Origin: Lama glama
Lineage: Eukaryota
Assembly: GCA_028534125.1 (NCBI GenBank)
Contig: CM052817.1
Span: 85,562,001 to 85,626,000, forward strand
DNA length: 64,000 nucleotides
Direction: 5' to 3'
Positions 40,461 to 53,025 of the stretch are shown one piece after another; the first letter of the stretch is position 1, and each line of letters begins with the position of its first letter. The notes below the pieces were generated by a model, which searched no databases, was not told the origin of the DNA, and saw only the letters and a program-made list of their open reading frames with translations. The translations under genes and the position numbers were made by a program.

Positions 40461-42389
40461 ATATTTCTCATTATTTTGAGATTGATACTGAGGAAATGTA
40501 TTTCTGAATGACAGAAAAGAAAAGGTGTTAGAGACATGCGTCTTTTTTTTAGTATCAGTACATTTTTATTTTTATGAGTTCAAAGTGATTTTGTGGTTCT
40601 TTTTGATTGTTCAGTTCCTCAGAACCGAATAATGACTGGATAACTAACTGGGAAGGTGAGTAAAGCATTTGCCACAGCAAGTCCTTGGACAGAATCTTTA
40701 TCATTTCATTTAGATAAGTAATGAGGATGTTTATTTTCCTCCTTTTAAATAAAAATTAAGTGACAATCTTGGGAGTTGACTTTCAGGTTTAGATATATTT
40801 GCATGATGAGGAAAAAACAAACAAAAAATATTTTTTCTTTTGTTCACAAAATCTCACCTTGTGGCTTCTTCATTTCCTCAGAGCATTTTGTCAACCAGTT
40901 TTTATTGTTAATCTCACGTTTGTCTTTTTCCTGTGGTTATTAATCACTTGCTTTTTGAGTAAACATTTTCTTAAAGAAATTCACTCAGCTCTATTTAAGG
41001 AATTCAGTAAATACATTTTGTACATTAAAAATCCAAATAAATATCAACATAACTCTGTAACTGCCAATTCCTAAACAAAATAAAAATTCTATGGTTGAAA
41101 TATACTTCAGAAACTGACCAGGAAAAAGGACTAAGAATAACTGGGGAAAAAAATACTGAAGCCCTGTGCCTGCTGTAAAAGTATAGAAAGTAAACAAATC
41201 ATTAGGTTGCTTTGCTAGAGAAGTGATATGTAAATCCAGGGAGAGAGGATTTTTATCACTACAAAGAGACATTGTTCGCATTTCACCTGGAGTTCTTTCT
41301 GCAAAACTGTTCGCTGTAGACCAGTAATTACCCTTGAGGGCCTTGGTTGAGAACTGAATTTTCATTCAATAAGGCTGACACTGGGCCTGGAGGGTGAGGC
41401 CGTCAAGCTAGCTGTTTGCAAATTAAATTATGAGGGTAAGATAAAGATGCTGGGCTTGTCACTCTGTCAGTTGGATAGGATGTTGTTGAGGCGTATCAAT
41501 AGATGATGACACTAACAGCTGTTTAGATCTTCCCCTTTTGACTTGTTGAATTTACTGAATGGACATGAAGACTTAAGAAAATTTTAATTCGTGTTTAGAT
41601 TTCTTTTGCTGGAAACAAACAATGTGGGTTTGTTTAGCAACAGATATAATCTTCAGTAATACAAATATATATATATATTTATATTTTGTGAAAGCATCAT
41701 TTAATATATAATCCAAATAATTCTTGAAAATATTCAGTATAAGTATTATATAATCTGAGGGAAGAATAGCTTATTATTTCAATGGCCATATTAATTATGT
41801 ACAGTCTAATAAAATGAGTAACTCCATATACATAAGTGGATGTATATATGTGTGTGTATTTTATATATGTATATACATTCTATATATTGTATATACATAT
41901 TCTTGATAGAAGACATACCAGTAGAATGAAAAAACTGGATTTTCTTCTTGCAATTAGCATTAAAATTGACATCAGTCATTAGTCCAGAGAGTATGTTATC
42001 AAATATAATGTCTGTTATATAAGCACATATCTAATAGACTACATCAGATAATCACTGAAGTGATCACTTTTAGGCTGGTCAGAAAATTCATAGCTGGGTG
42101 GTTATTCTTTGGTATGAGTTGAGTAACAGAGAACTTTTAAACTCTGTACAAAAGTTGTATCATATGTCCCTTCCAGTTAAATCATTTTATGGGCTGCTCA
42201 AAGAAGTGACACAATTTGTGGGCCTGCTCAGATACATAAACCTAACAGAGCAGGTTAAGGTTTCAATGTGATATATTTTAACGCACATGTTAAGGTAACT
42301 AGACTGTAAAATGAATGTTTTTCCTATAAATGTCTTGTGGGAAAGAATGAAATAAATATGAGCTATATATGTTCAAAATTTTATGTCTC

Positions 42390-43535
42390 TTGAAGAAATA
42401 GTGAACACAATCAGAAGAGATCTTCCACCACTCTTATCTCCCTACCTGCCTGCAGGTGCCCACCCATTATGAGTGAACTCCAGGGACTCCTGTGAATTCC
42501 AGCCCCATCCTCAGCACACTAGAGCCCATCTCCTCTACACAGATGGAAGCCCTCACTCTGCTAATTTTCCTCTCCTCTTCTGTGCAATCAGGTTGTTCTC
42601 TTGACTGAGGCATTTGACCTGCTTACCTATGGCCTGTATTTCTTCTTTATGATAAACAAACCAAAACAAACACACCAAGCAACACCATCACAACAAAACA
42701 CACTTCTCTTAACCACTGTACATTTTTCTTCCAGCTTCTGCCCATTTTTGTTTTTTTGCTTCTTTTTAGAGCAGAACCTCTGAGAATAGTCATTTTACTC
42801 ACTGCCTCCTCTTCCAATCTTTGAGACTCACTTGTATCTGATTCTTTCCAGAGAACAATGCCCTGATTTGAAATATCTTCTAATTTTTCCTGTTATAAAT
42901 ATGTTCCCCCGCCAGGGCCGAATTCAAGCTATGAGAACCGTTTTCAAGCTATTTAGCATAGTGATTGGAAGAGATGTATCCTGTTTTTCCTGTTCGTTTG
43001 AATTTTTTGAGAGACAGTTCCAGCATACCAGTCTTTACCACTGATCACCTGGCTGAAAATGCTCTTTTCAGTCCACTCCAGTGGGGCTTTAAACTACACC
43101 CTGTACCAAAACAACTGTGTTAAAATGACTAACTTCTCAAGCTGATTATCCAGTATTTCCTTTTCTAGACCTTCTTACTCTAACAGCAGTGTTTTACACA
43201 ATTGAATACACCTTAGTTTTTTAAAATACTTTTTTCAGTTTGCCTCCAGGACTCTACACTTCCCTCTTCATCTCCCTACCTCAAGGACTATATTTTCTCT
43301 GTCTTCTTTTCTGGATTTTTTTTTTTTTTTTTTTTGGAGAGGCAACCGTTTAACAATGGAGTGTCTCCCTCCTAGGATCTGATGTCTTCTCAAAGCTGTT
43401 TACATTCACTCCTTTAGTGATCTCAGCCTGACTCTGGGTTTTATATACCGTTTATAGAACAACAATACTCCAGTATATACATCTAGCTTGAAACACTTCT
43501 TTGATTCCAAACTCATATACAATTGCTTAGTAGAC
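42390..43535 (+). mobile_element. Degraded L2 LINE (ORF2 region)
   Basis: caatcagaagagatcttcc, gagaatagtcattttactcactgcctcc, cagtccactccagtggggcttt, ttactctaacagcagtgttttacaca, tctagcttgaaacacttctttgattccaaactc. Confidence 0.7.
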
Positions 43536-43537
43536 AG

Positions 43538-45027
43538 TTGTTGGGAAAATATATTAAAAACAGAAGCCCCTGCCTTCCCCGCAGAAGGTAGTTTTGCAAT
43601 TTGGTGAAGGAGCTCTTTGAATTTAGGCTTCTACCCTCTTGCAGAAACTGAGAGACAGAGTGTATCTTCCTTGATGATAATATTTCAGAGTGACGGTTCC
43701 CAGGTCCTTAAGAAAGACAGTCTTGTGTCCTGAAGTTAATAAGAGGATTGACATATATCCTAAAGTTAATCAAGTAGCATTAGATCTGTCTTCTTTAGTC
43801 TCTACTTATAAGTGCCAGATTTCTGTTTGTATGTTAATTAAATGCTTTTCTTTTCTGCAGCATCCTTCCAACCAAATCAATCAATAAAACATTTTTGTAT
43901 TGAATTTAGGACTTGAGTACTTGGATGCATGTTAATTACTTTTACTGTTATCAAAAATGACTAATCAAGACTGTCCAACTTTTACTCTATCAATAATCAG
44001 ATTGTTCGACTTATAAATCCAAATCCTGTTTGTGCGGATCAGAAATAGACTGTGGAGTCATTACTGGGAGTACACAAACAAAAAGTAATGTAACAAATAA
44101 CATGTTTTCTAGTAAAATGTGATTCTTAAAGTAATTGAAATAAACCTACTGTGAATATGGCAGCAAGGTAGTCTATGAGAATTTTAGTAAGTTTGCTAGA
44201 GTAAACCTTTTAGTTCAGTACTGATATCAGTTATTTTAGAAAAACTTAAATTTCTAAGTCCTTTGTAAGACCAGTCCTGTCTTACAAAGGAGGAGCTGGC
44301 TTCCCACAGGAGGCACAAATCCAGCTGAATTTGTTTTGGTTTGAGTTTTATCTTGGGCTAATCAGCCGCACCTTTTTAAAAGTTTAAAAAAAAAAAGCCA
44401 TATGCGTCATTATCAGCACTTGAAAGGGTCTTTCCCTTTGTGGTTACAGCCCATCTTGTCTTCTTGTGGGACACTTTTGTGTAGTTAAACCTGTTTGATA
44501 GCTGTAGCCGGATTCTTTGCCTGTGTTCTTCCAGGTCCTTATGACTTTATGTCTCAGGGTTTCTAGGGAAGAAAAAAGCCTTTTTCTAATACTGAAAGCA
44601 TGGTTATGAGAGGATTCAGATAAATTAAACAAAGGATGTTGTCTAAGACCCAAATTCAAAGGTCTGCCACATATAAATTTAAAGGGCGAGATTCAGTGTT
44701 TGCTCACAGGTATCACTCCGGTTTTTTTGAACAAGGCTAGTGGTAAAGATCTAGGCCATCTCAACATACTACAATTACCTCATACTCCTTAGCCTATCCT
44801 ACTTCTCCATGACTGCCCACTCTTCATCAAACCTAAAATAAAACACTCAGGTCTAACGGTTTCTTTGGGTCTTCACTTACTTATGAAGGCTCCCACGTCA
44901 CATAAAACTTAAACTTATGCTAAATAATTTGTATGCTTTTCTCCTGTTACCCTGTCGTTGTCAATTTGACTTTCATACCCAGCCAGGGTCCAGAAGAGGG
45001 TCAAGGAAAACTTTTTCCTCGCCTACA
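43538..45027. mobile_element. Composite ERV1 remnants: MER31/67-like LTR piece, internal-like sequence, and a MER34-like LTR 3' part (~44700-45027, +)
   Basis: ggttcccaggtccttaagaaagaca (same motif family as 22115-22140); ttctttgggtcttca...gaaggctcccacgtcacataaaactt...tttgtatgcttttctcctgtta...tttttcctcgcctaca. Confidence 0.6.
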
Positions 45028-47849
45028 ATAAGCAAACACAAACAAGAATTTAGACTTGTCTGCTAGAGGAACAGAAATAAAGAAATTGCAGGGCATTCAT
45101 AGATCAATTACAGAGTAAAGCTTTACAAAAAATGGTACCAAAGTCAGAAATCAGAACAATTACAGAGTTAGAAACAACAGGAATAATGTTGGTATAATAT
45201 AATAATATAATATAGTATTGTTGATATAATATAACAATAATAATGATATAATAAGGAATAATAATGACTAAGATTTTTGTACTAGAGTATATAGTGGTCA
45301 ATTATCTTTATCAAATTTACCTTCATTTTTACTGGAAATACGGTGTATTGCAGGATCTAAATTGTCTCTAAGCTTGTTATATAATAATAAATATAATAAT
45401 ATTAATAGTAATGTTGTTTTCATAAACTGCCTTGAGGTCCATATAAACCTACATTTATTCTTTCTGTATATTAAGTTAATACATATTTTTGTATGCTGAA
45501 AATGTGACAGTTATTTGACTATGCTTAATTAAAATAAAATAATTTTAAATTAGCTATTTTACTTAGATTAAGACATATTTTTTAAGTTAAAAAGCCAAAC
45601 TTAGTACAGTGGAGAATTCCATACAACATAATCTATATTATAAGAATCATCAAACCTCGAACCCAAAGAGCAGAATATCTATACTCCCAAGTACATGATG
45701 TGGAATAAAATAAAATGAATGCAACCCCATAGAAAAGCACATTACCCTCAGAACTTGGGCTTTTATTACCTTTTAAACATCTTTTCATTGTACAATTGGA
45801 ATATCAGAAAAGAAAAAAAAAACTGAAGAAAAGTAAATGCCAAGTAGAATCACTAAACTGAACGCTGCCTCAGCAAATTAAACTTTGTCTAGTAGCACAG
45901 CAACTTTCTATTCATTTATCATTTCATACTAATTTTACAAATTAACCTGGGGTACTGCAGAATATGGATTATCTCAATTACAGAAATGTGATTTCCATTA
46001 TCATTCCATTATTATTCCATTCTACTTATATCTATGTTAATAAGTCTCAAGAATAGCTTTGACTCATAATTCACGCCTAGAAATTTCTCCACCGTGAGCT
46101 CACTTAAGCATGGTTATCCAGGATTCACATTCATCATTATATTTAAATATGATTTCAAAGACTAAAATTCTTATTGCCCTGCAATGAGAGGTTAGACATT
46201 AAAAATAAGAATAAAATGAGTAAATGTAAGGCATGTAACCATAAACTTTTAATATCCCCCAATGCTCCAGGGAGGCACTTGGAAGAAGTGTTTAAGTGTA
46301 GGGAATTTGGACTCAAAACCCTCCTCCACTAATACATTGCTATGCCAGTTATTAGCCATGTAAACTTTCCAGACCTCATTTACCTTGTGTATACTTTAGG
46401 AACTATAGTAGAATTTACTTTATAGGGTTATTTTAAGGAGTATATAATAAAACTTATGTAAAATACTTAGCAGAGTTTTATTTTCATACTGTATGTTTAG
46501 CAAAGACTATGAGAAACCCAAGAGAATAAATTATATATTTCTAGAGCCTGATGATTATTTTTAAAGCCAGTATACATTTCCCAGCATCATAAGCTGAAAA
46601 TGTCAGTCATTTTTGTATCTTTCTATAGCCTCCACTACCAGATAAAATAAGTTTTTATTCTTATATAGATTATACTCATTATGTCACAAACCATCAGACA
46701 ATGCCAGTTGTCAACAATATTGTGGATCAATTTCTCAGTCTAGCCCACAAGTCACCAAGCTAACACTTAGCTTCTTCTGATCTCTCTCTAATTTGTATGG
46801 CCTGCCATTCACATTGGAATATGAACTGTTGCCAAAACATGCAAAATGCTCGTCTAAGCTTTTGCCTTTCAACATATTGTTTCATTTCTCTAAAATTCAT
46901 TATCTTTCCTATTTACCTATGTGAATTATTATTCCTCCCCACAAAATCCTTGCTGATATTCCCACCAACACTCAGAATCTATTAAAAATCTTATCTGTTA
47001 CATTTTGTTTGCAACTCTCATATGGCTGTCCCTTGCATCATAGTCATTTGTTTTTATTTGATTCCAAAAAATTGGATTATAGTTTCCCTGAATAGAAATC
47101 CCATATCTTACTAATCTTTTCCTGTTCTGCATTGCAAATCAGGAAGATGTAGAGACCGCGGTTAATTGGAAATATTTTCTAATTTGAACACAGAACATGC
47201 ACTCTTCTCTTAAATACACTGAAACAAATTAAATAAGGAGACACAAAATTTAGAAACTCATTTTCACTCCTCCAGGATAAGTTTTATTTGTATGTTAATA
47301 TAGTATGAAGTTAGAGAAAAACAATTTCGTTAAACGATGAAAGAAAAAAAATGCTAAAGCTCAAAAACAAGTTAAAGTCTTCATGGGCTAGAAACACAAT
47401 CTCAGGCTATATCCCTGAGACATCTAAGTATGGCATTAGGTATAGATGACTTGGAGCTTGCTCTTCTAAGTGATATGGAACACAAACCTCCAAACACAAA
47501 TTTGTGTATAAGATTTAGTCTCACTACTTCATTCTCAGAAAACAGGCTGGAGAAGTTTCAATGACTACTACCTGAGGCTGTGGCTAAGGACATGGGATCC
47601 AACAGACAGAGCCTTGGAAACTGTGTCTGAGGGACTGAGCTGTAATATCACTGCTCACTACTTCATATGGAATATAATCATTGTCATAATGTGGTAGGGG
47701 CCCTAACCAATTAGATGAGCCTGGGTTTAGAGTGGGGATTCCCAGGGGAATGTTGGAGACAAGCAAAATAAGCAGCAGCTGAACAAGGTGAGTGAGAGAA
47801 GAGGTGGTGAGTGAGAGAACACACAAAATGAACTTGGAGACCCACAATG

Positions 47850-48750
47850 CAAAATGAAATATAACCTAAGAAAGACAGTCAGCCAAATTAACAACTAAAA
47901 TATGAAATCCTTCTGGATGAAATTAAAGAACACAATAAACTAAACTTTGTGAAAAAGCATATTAATAAATTCCAAATAGGTAAACCAAGAAATAACTTCT
48001 AATTGGTTTATTTAAGGTGTTAATAAACATATAAGATAGTTATTATATTTTAAAAAATAAAATACAATATTGAAATTTTAGCAGATATTGACATGAGAAG
48101 ATATTCACTAAGTATTCTGACTGACTGTACTGTTTGTGTAAAATATAAGCATGAGAGGAAAACTTTATAAATCATTATTCATGAAGTAAGAGGGAAGAGG
48201 CAGAAAGGGAGAAAAAGGAAAGAGATGTTAAGTAAAATTATAAAAAATTAAAAAATATAAATAATTTGTAATATATAATAATCATAATAAATATAAGTTG
48301 ATTAGAGTAAAATGATTATTAGTTGGTTTTTAAAATCCTTCCACATACTTTTTTACGTGGAAGGAGTAACGCAATAGAACAAACACAGAAACATACACAT
48401 GCAGACAGGTGGAAAATAAAGGGATCACAAGAGTAGACCAGGCAAACAATAACTGAAAGAAACATGTGCACACACTCACACACACACAATAACAAAAATC
48501 CATTATAAAGGATAAAAAAAGGATATTGGATAGCAAATGAAGAAGACACAATCATGATAAAAACTTACAAACCTAACCATATAACATAACATACAGTACA
48601 AAATCTGACAGCATTAAAGGAGAATACAATACCACAGTCAGAGAGGGTGGCCTAAATATACCTACATACAAACTATTAAATCAAGCAAACCAAGTTATCA
48701 GAAAAGGATGGAAAAGATTTGAACCACTGAATTAGTCCAGTAGGTAGGTC
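47850..48750 (+). mobile_element. Very old L1M(E) fragment reaching the ORF2 endonuclease region; probably continues at ~50620-52240
   Basis: agaagacacaatcatgataaaaacttacaaacctaac...aaaatctgacagcattaaaggaga...aaaggatggaaaagatttgaac; downstream tttaatgcaattttaatcaaaatcccaataga. Confidence 0.55.
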
Positions 48751-48759
48751 TTAATAAGG

Positions 48760-50096
48760 TGATTTGTATTTCTCTGATAATTAATGATATTGAGCATTTT
48801 CATGTGCCTATTGATAATCTGTAAGTCTTCATTGGAAAAATATCTATTTACATCTTCTGCCCATTTTTTGATTGGGTTGTTTGTTTTTTCAATGTTGAGA
48901 TATATGAGCTGTTTGTGTATTTTGGAAACTAATTTCTTTTTTTTTTTTTTACACTTTTTTATTGATTCATAATCATTTTACAGTGTTGTGTCAAATTCCA
49001 GTGTTCAGCACTGGAAACTAATTTCTTATTGGTCATATTGTTTCCAAATATTCTATCCCATTCTGTAGCTTGTCTTTTTGTTTTGTTTATGGTTTCCTTA
49101 GTTGTGTAAAAGCTTGTAAGTTTAATTAGGTCCCATTTGTTTATTTTTGCTTTTATTTCTGTTGCCTGGATAGACGGCCCTAGGAGAACATTTGCCTATG
49201 TTCTCTTCTAGAAGGTTTAGAGATTTATGGTGTCCTGCCTTATGTTTAAGTCTTAAATCCATTTGGAGTTTATTTTTGTATATGGTGTGAAGGAGTGGCT
49301 AATTTTCCCAACACCACTTGCCTAAGAGACTGTCTTTTCTCCATTGTATATTCTTCCCTGCATTGTTGAAGATTGATTGACCATAGATGTGTGAGTTTAT
49401 TTCTGGGCCCTCTATTCTGTCCCATTGATCCATGTCTGTTTTTGTGCCAATACCATGTGGTTTTAATTACTGTAGCTTTGTAGTGTTGTCTGAATATTGG
49501 CCTCCTTATGCCTCCAGCTTCATCCTTTTTTTTGTTTTCCCAGTATTGCTTTGGCAATTCTAGGTCTTTTTGTGACTCTGTATAAATTTTAGGATTATTT
49601 GTCCTATTCCTGGGGAAAATGTCCTGCGTAATTTGACAGGGATTGCACTAAATTTGTAGATTGCTTTGGGTAATGTGGCTATTTTAAAAGTATTAATTCT
49701 TCCAATCCAAGAACATGGGGTATTTTTCCATTTCTTTGAAATGTAACTCAAAGCTACAATGATGTATCACCTCTCATTGACCATCATAAAAAGTCCATGA
49801 ATGCTGGAGAGGGTGTGGAGAAAAGGGAACCCTGTTGGTAGGAATGTAATTTGGTGCAGCCACTAAGGACAAGTATGGAGGTTCCTTAAAAAACTAACAA
49901 TAGAGTTATCCTATGATCCAACAATCCTACTCCTGGGCTTATATCTGGATAATACTTTAATTTGAAAAGATACAAGGACCCCAATGCTCACAGCAGCACT
50001 ATTTACAATAGCCAAGACTTGGAAGCAGCCTAAATGTCCATTGACAAATGGTTGGATAAAGAAGATGTGGTGTATATATTATATATAAATATATAA
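48760..50096 (+). mobile_element. L1 with ~1-kb 5' inversion (antisense ORF2 48760-49740; sense from ~49738 into the gap)
   Basis: Minus ORFs [23 protein letters not shown] and [17 protein letters not shown]; the sense part resumes at the L1 position where the inverted piece ends (gaaat(g/a)caaatca region). Confidence 0.9.
48923..49027 (-). mobile_element. Very short young L1 3' end (camelid-like) with perfect 16-bp TSD
   Basis: TSD tggaaactaatttctt at 48923-48938 and 49012-49027; insert 48939-49011 is poly(T) + acactttttt attgattcataatcattttacagtgttgtgtcaaattccagtgttcagcac. Confidence 0.9.
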
Positions 50097-50596
50097 NNNN
50101 NNNNNNNNNNNNNNNNNNNNNNNNNNNNNNNNNNNNNNNNNNNNNNNNNNNNNNNNNNNNNNNNNNNNNNNNNNNNNNNNNNNNNNNNNNNNNNNNNNNN
50201 NNNNNNNNNNNNNNNNNNNNNNNNNNNNNNNNNNNNNNNNNNNNNNNNNNNNNNNNNNNNNNNNNNNNNNNNNNNNNNNNNNNNNNNNNNNNNNNNNNNN
50301 NNNNNNNNNNNNNNNNNNNNNNNNNNNNNNNNNNNNNNNNNNNNNNNNNNNNNNNNNNNNNNNNNNNNNNNNNNNNNNNNNNNNNNNNNNNNNNNNNNNN
50401 NNNNNNNNNNNNNNNNNNNNNNNNNNNNNNNNNNNNNNNNNNNNNNNNNNNNNNNNNNNNNNNNNNNNNNNNNNNNNNNNNNNNNNNNNNNNNNNNNNNN
50501 NNNNNNNNNNNNNNNNNNNNNNNNNNNNNNNNNNNNNNNNNNNNNNNNNNNNNNNNNNNNNNNNNNNNNNNNNNNNNNNNNNNNNNNNNNNNNNNN
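50097..50596. other. Assembly gap (500 N)
   Basis: Run of N adjacent to an AT-rich L1 3'UTR segment. Confidence 1.
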
Positions 50597-52831
50597 AATG
50601 TTTTCTTTATATAGCAAAATTATTAAAGTTTTTTTTTAATTTTATAAAAAATGTGAGCATAAACCTGCATGAAGAATATAACTTCAACTCTGTGAAGAAC
50701 ATAAAGGCAGTTCAAAATAAGTGAAAAGAAATATTAAGTTATAAATATTTTACTTCTTCCAAAGTTAATCGTTTAATTTAATGCAATTTTAATCAAAATC
50801 CCAATAGAATTCTGTACTAGAGCTTGACCTGTGTATTCTAAGGTTCACTTGGAGTTACAAATTTGTGAGAATTGACACTTGTGGGCCCAATGGAATTGAA
50901 CTAGTAACCTGAATATCAGTAGCATGCATAAAGGTATGAATTTCAAGAAATGAAAATAGGTTATTTGAAATTCATGCTTTCCTAGGAACAGTGGCCATTA
51001 TCTGATTTCAGAGGTAAAAATGGATACTTTTTCTGTAGGATAGTGACAGACTTCAATCTCAGATTTGATATTTCCTTTCAGAGAATCCATTATTCACACT
51101 TTTATATTCAATCCTCGTATGATGTTATGGTACTTCTTGAAAGCAATCCTCTTAATAGAGAGTTTGATTACATGAAAAACACAGTAGATTATAATACAAC
51201 CCAGTTAACTTATGTTAGGCAGATAGCAGCAGCATATTCATCCTGAACTTATTGTATTAATGTTGTTTATTCACAGTGTATAAAAATCTAAGCTTCCAAA
51301 ATCCAAATTCCTGCTTTTTCTATTCATAATAGAAAGAAAATAGCACACAACTTAAACAGTCCCTTTTTTAGAAAAATAAAGCTGTGTGTGTGTGTGTGTT
51401 GTATGGTCACTTGTTATATGATGTTAAAATTAATTATATAATGGTAATATGGGTTAGAAAAAAATCTACTGACTGATAGAATGATTAATAGACATTTAAA
51501 TGAGTATATAATTGTGTACACATTTACATGTAATATGTATCTAAACATAACATAATTCACTTTTGTGAAAAACTGAATATGTTTAAAGAAAAGTGAAATT
51601 ATAACCCTAATAACCACTAGTATATAAATTCTATTTATTAAATGCAAAAATAGCTTATAGAAGTATTGAATGAAACATTAGCAAATATTCACATATTAAA
51701 AAGGTGAATGTCTTTTTTGGCATTATATTCAATTAACAAATTATAGTAGAAATAGTGAAAGATGTGGCTGTGTAAAATTATAAATTATGTTCCATTAAAT
51801 ACCACACAGTGTAGAGTCAAATGATGAAAAAGTAACATAAATGGAATATGTGTGACCTTTATTATTTTAACAAGTAATTAGGAAAACATCAAATACCATA
51901 CAGAATGCTGAGAATAAATAATGAAAAGACAACTTATGGAGGAAGACAATGAGTCAACAAATCTACGTGAACATTTTCAAACTATTCAAAGTTAAACTTA
52001 AAAATAATAAAATACAAACAAGAAGCTACTTTTTGCTTTTGCCTATTAAAGTGGCTTTTTTTTTTAAAGAATGGTATAAATCATTGCTGATAAGTGTGAT
52101 ATGACAGGATTGTATTTTGATTTTACATTATCTGCACTGTTAAAATATGTCTGGAAATCTGTGTAAATACACAAATTTTCATTGCCATGTATTGCCAGGT
52201 ATTTCATGGCAAAGCTTTGAAATACATAATAGTAGATTTTTTCCACTGCCACTCATAACTGCTTTCTCTTCTTATTTTCCCTCCTTCCTTTCCTACCCCC
52301 TACCCTTCCTTTCTTCCTTCCTTCTTTCCTTGCAAGAGAGGTCACTTTAGATATGCGTTTAAAGAAGTTCTTTTCCCCTTTAGATATCCATGTTCTTTAC
52401 CAAACTCTGGGCACTGTTGTACTAAAAGAGTATCTAGTTCTAAGACTTAAGTTGAAACATTGCTTTATGTCTTATCTTGGTTTTAAATTGCATCAAATCT
52501 AGATGCCCTTTTTTGATTTATCTTTTCTTATTTTATAATTTGTAATTAAACTTATTATATATCTGTTTATATTTATATAGGTGGTAGAACAGCTCCACAA
52601 TATAATTTGTGAATGTAGAAATGCTTAGAACAATGCCTGGTACAATAAATGTTGGGTATGTTGAGTATTACAATATAAATTTTAAAAATGCATATGTAAA
52701 TATAATCACTGACTAGGAGAGGCAAAATGAAAACATATGGATTTAGGTATCTTTACAGATTGTACCAGAAGCCATATTATTAGAAAGTCTCCATGATTAC
52801 TAACAAGATGTACATATGGTATGTACGCTGT

Positions 52832-53025
52832 TCTAGTGAGATTTTACCATGAGACGGATGAAGCTCAAACTTCAGGTCACTTCACTTGAACAGGCTCCTT
52901 CTTTTTAAGTTCTTATATCTAAGATTAAAATTTTATTTATACATTTTTTCTCTTAAGGATTTCACCCTGCATATACTGCAATTACATTAATTTCAGTCCC
53001 TTCAAAACCTTGCTTCACTTCCCTG
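52832..53025. mobile_element. MER53-like hAT MITE
   Basis: tttaccatgagacggatgaagctcaaacttcaggtcacttcacttgaacaggctccttc ... ttcagtcccttcaaaaccttgcttcacttccctg. Confidence 0.65.

Noticed and set aside
40991..41365. 124-aa minus-strand ORF
   Set aside because: No recognisable domain; the hydrophobic tail reflects AT-rich composition; no convincing splice structure
45180..45420. AAT-rich tract giving an I/Y-rich ORF
   Set aside because: Low-complexity degenerate microsatellite
50030..50617. 195-aa ORF, longest in the track
   Set aside because: Artefact of translating through the 500-N gap
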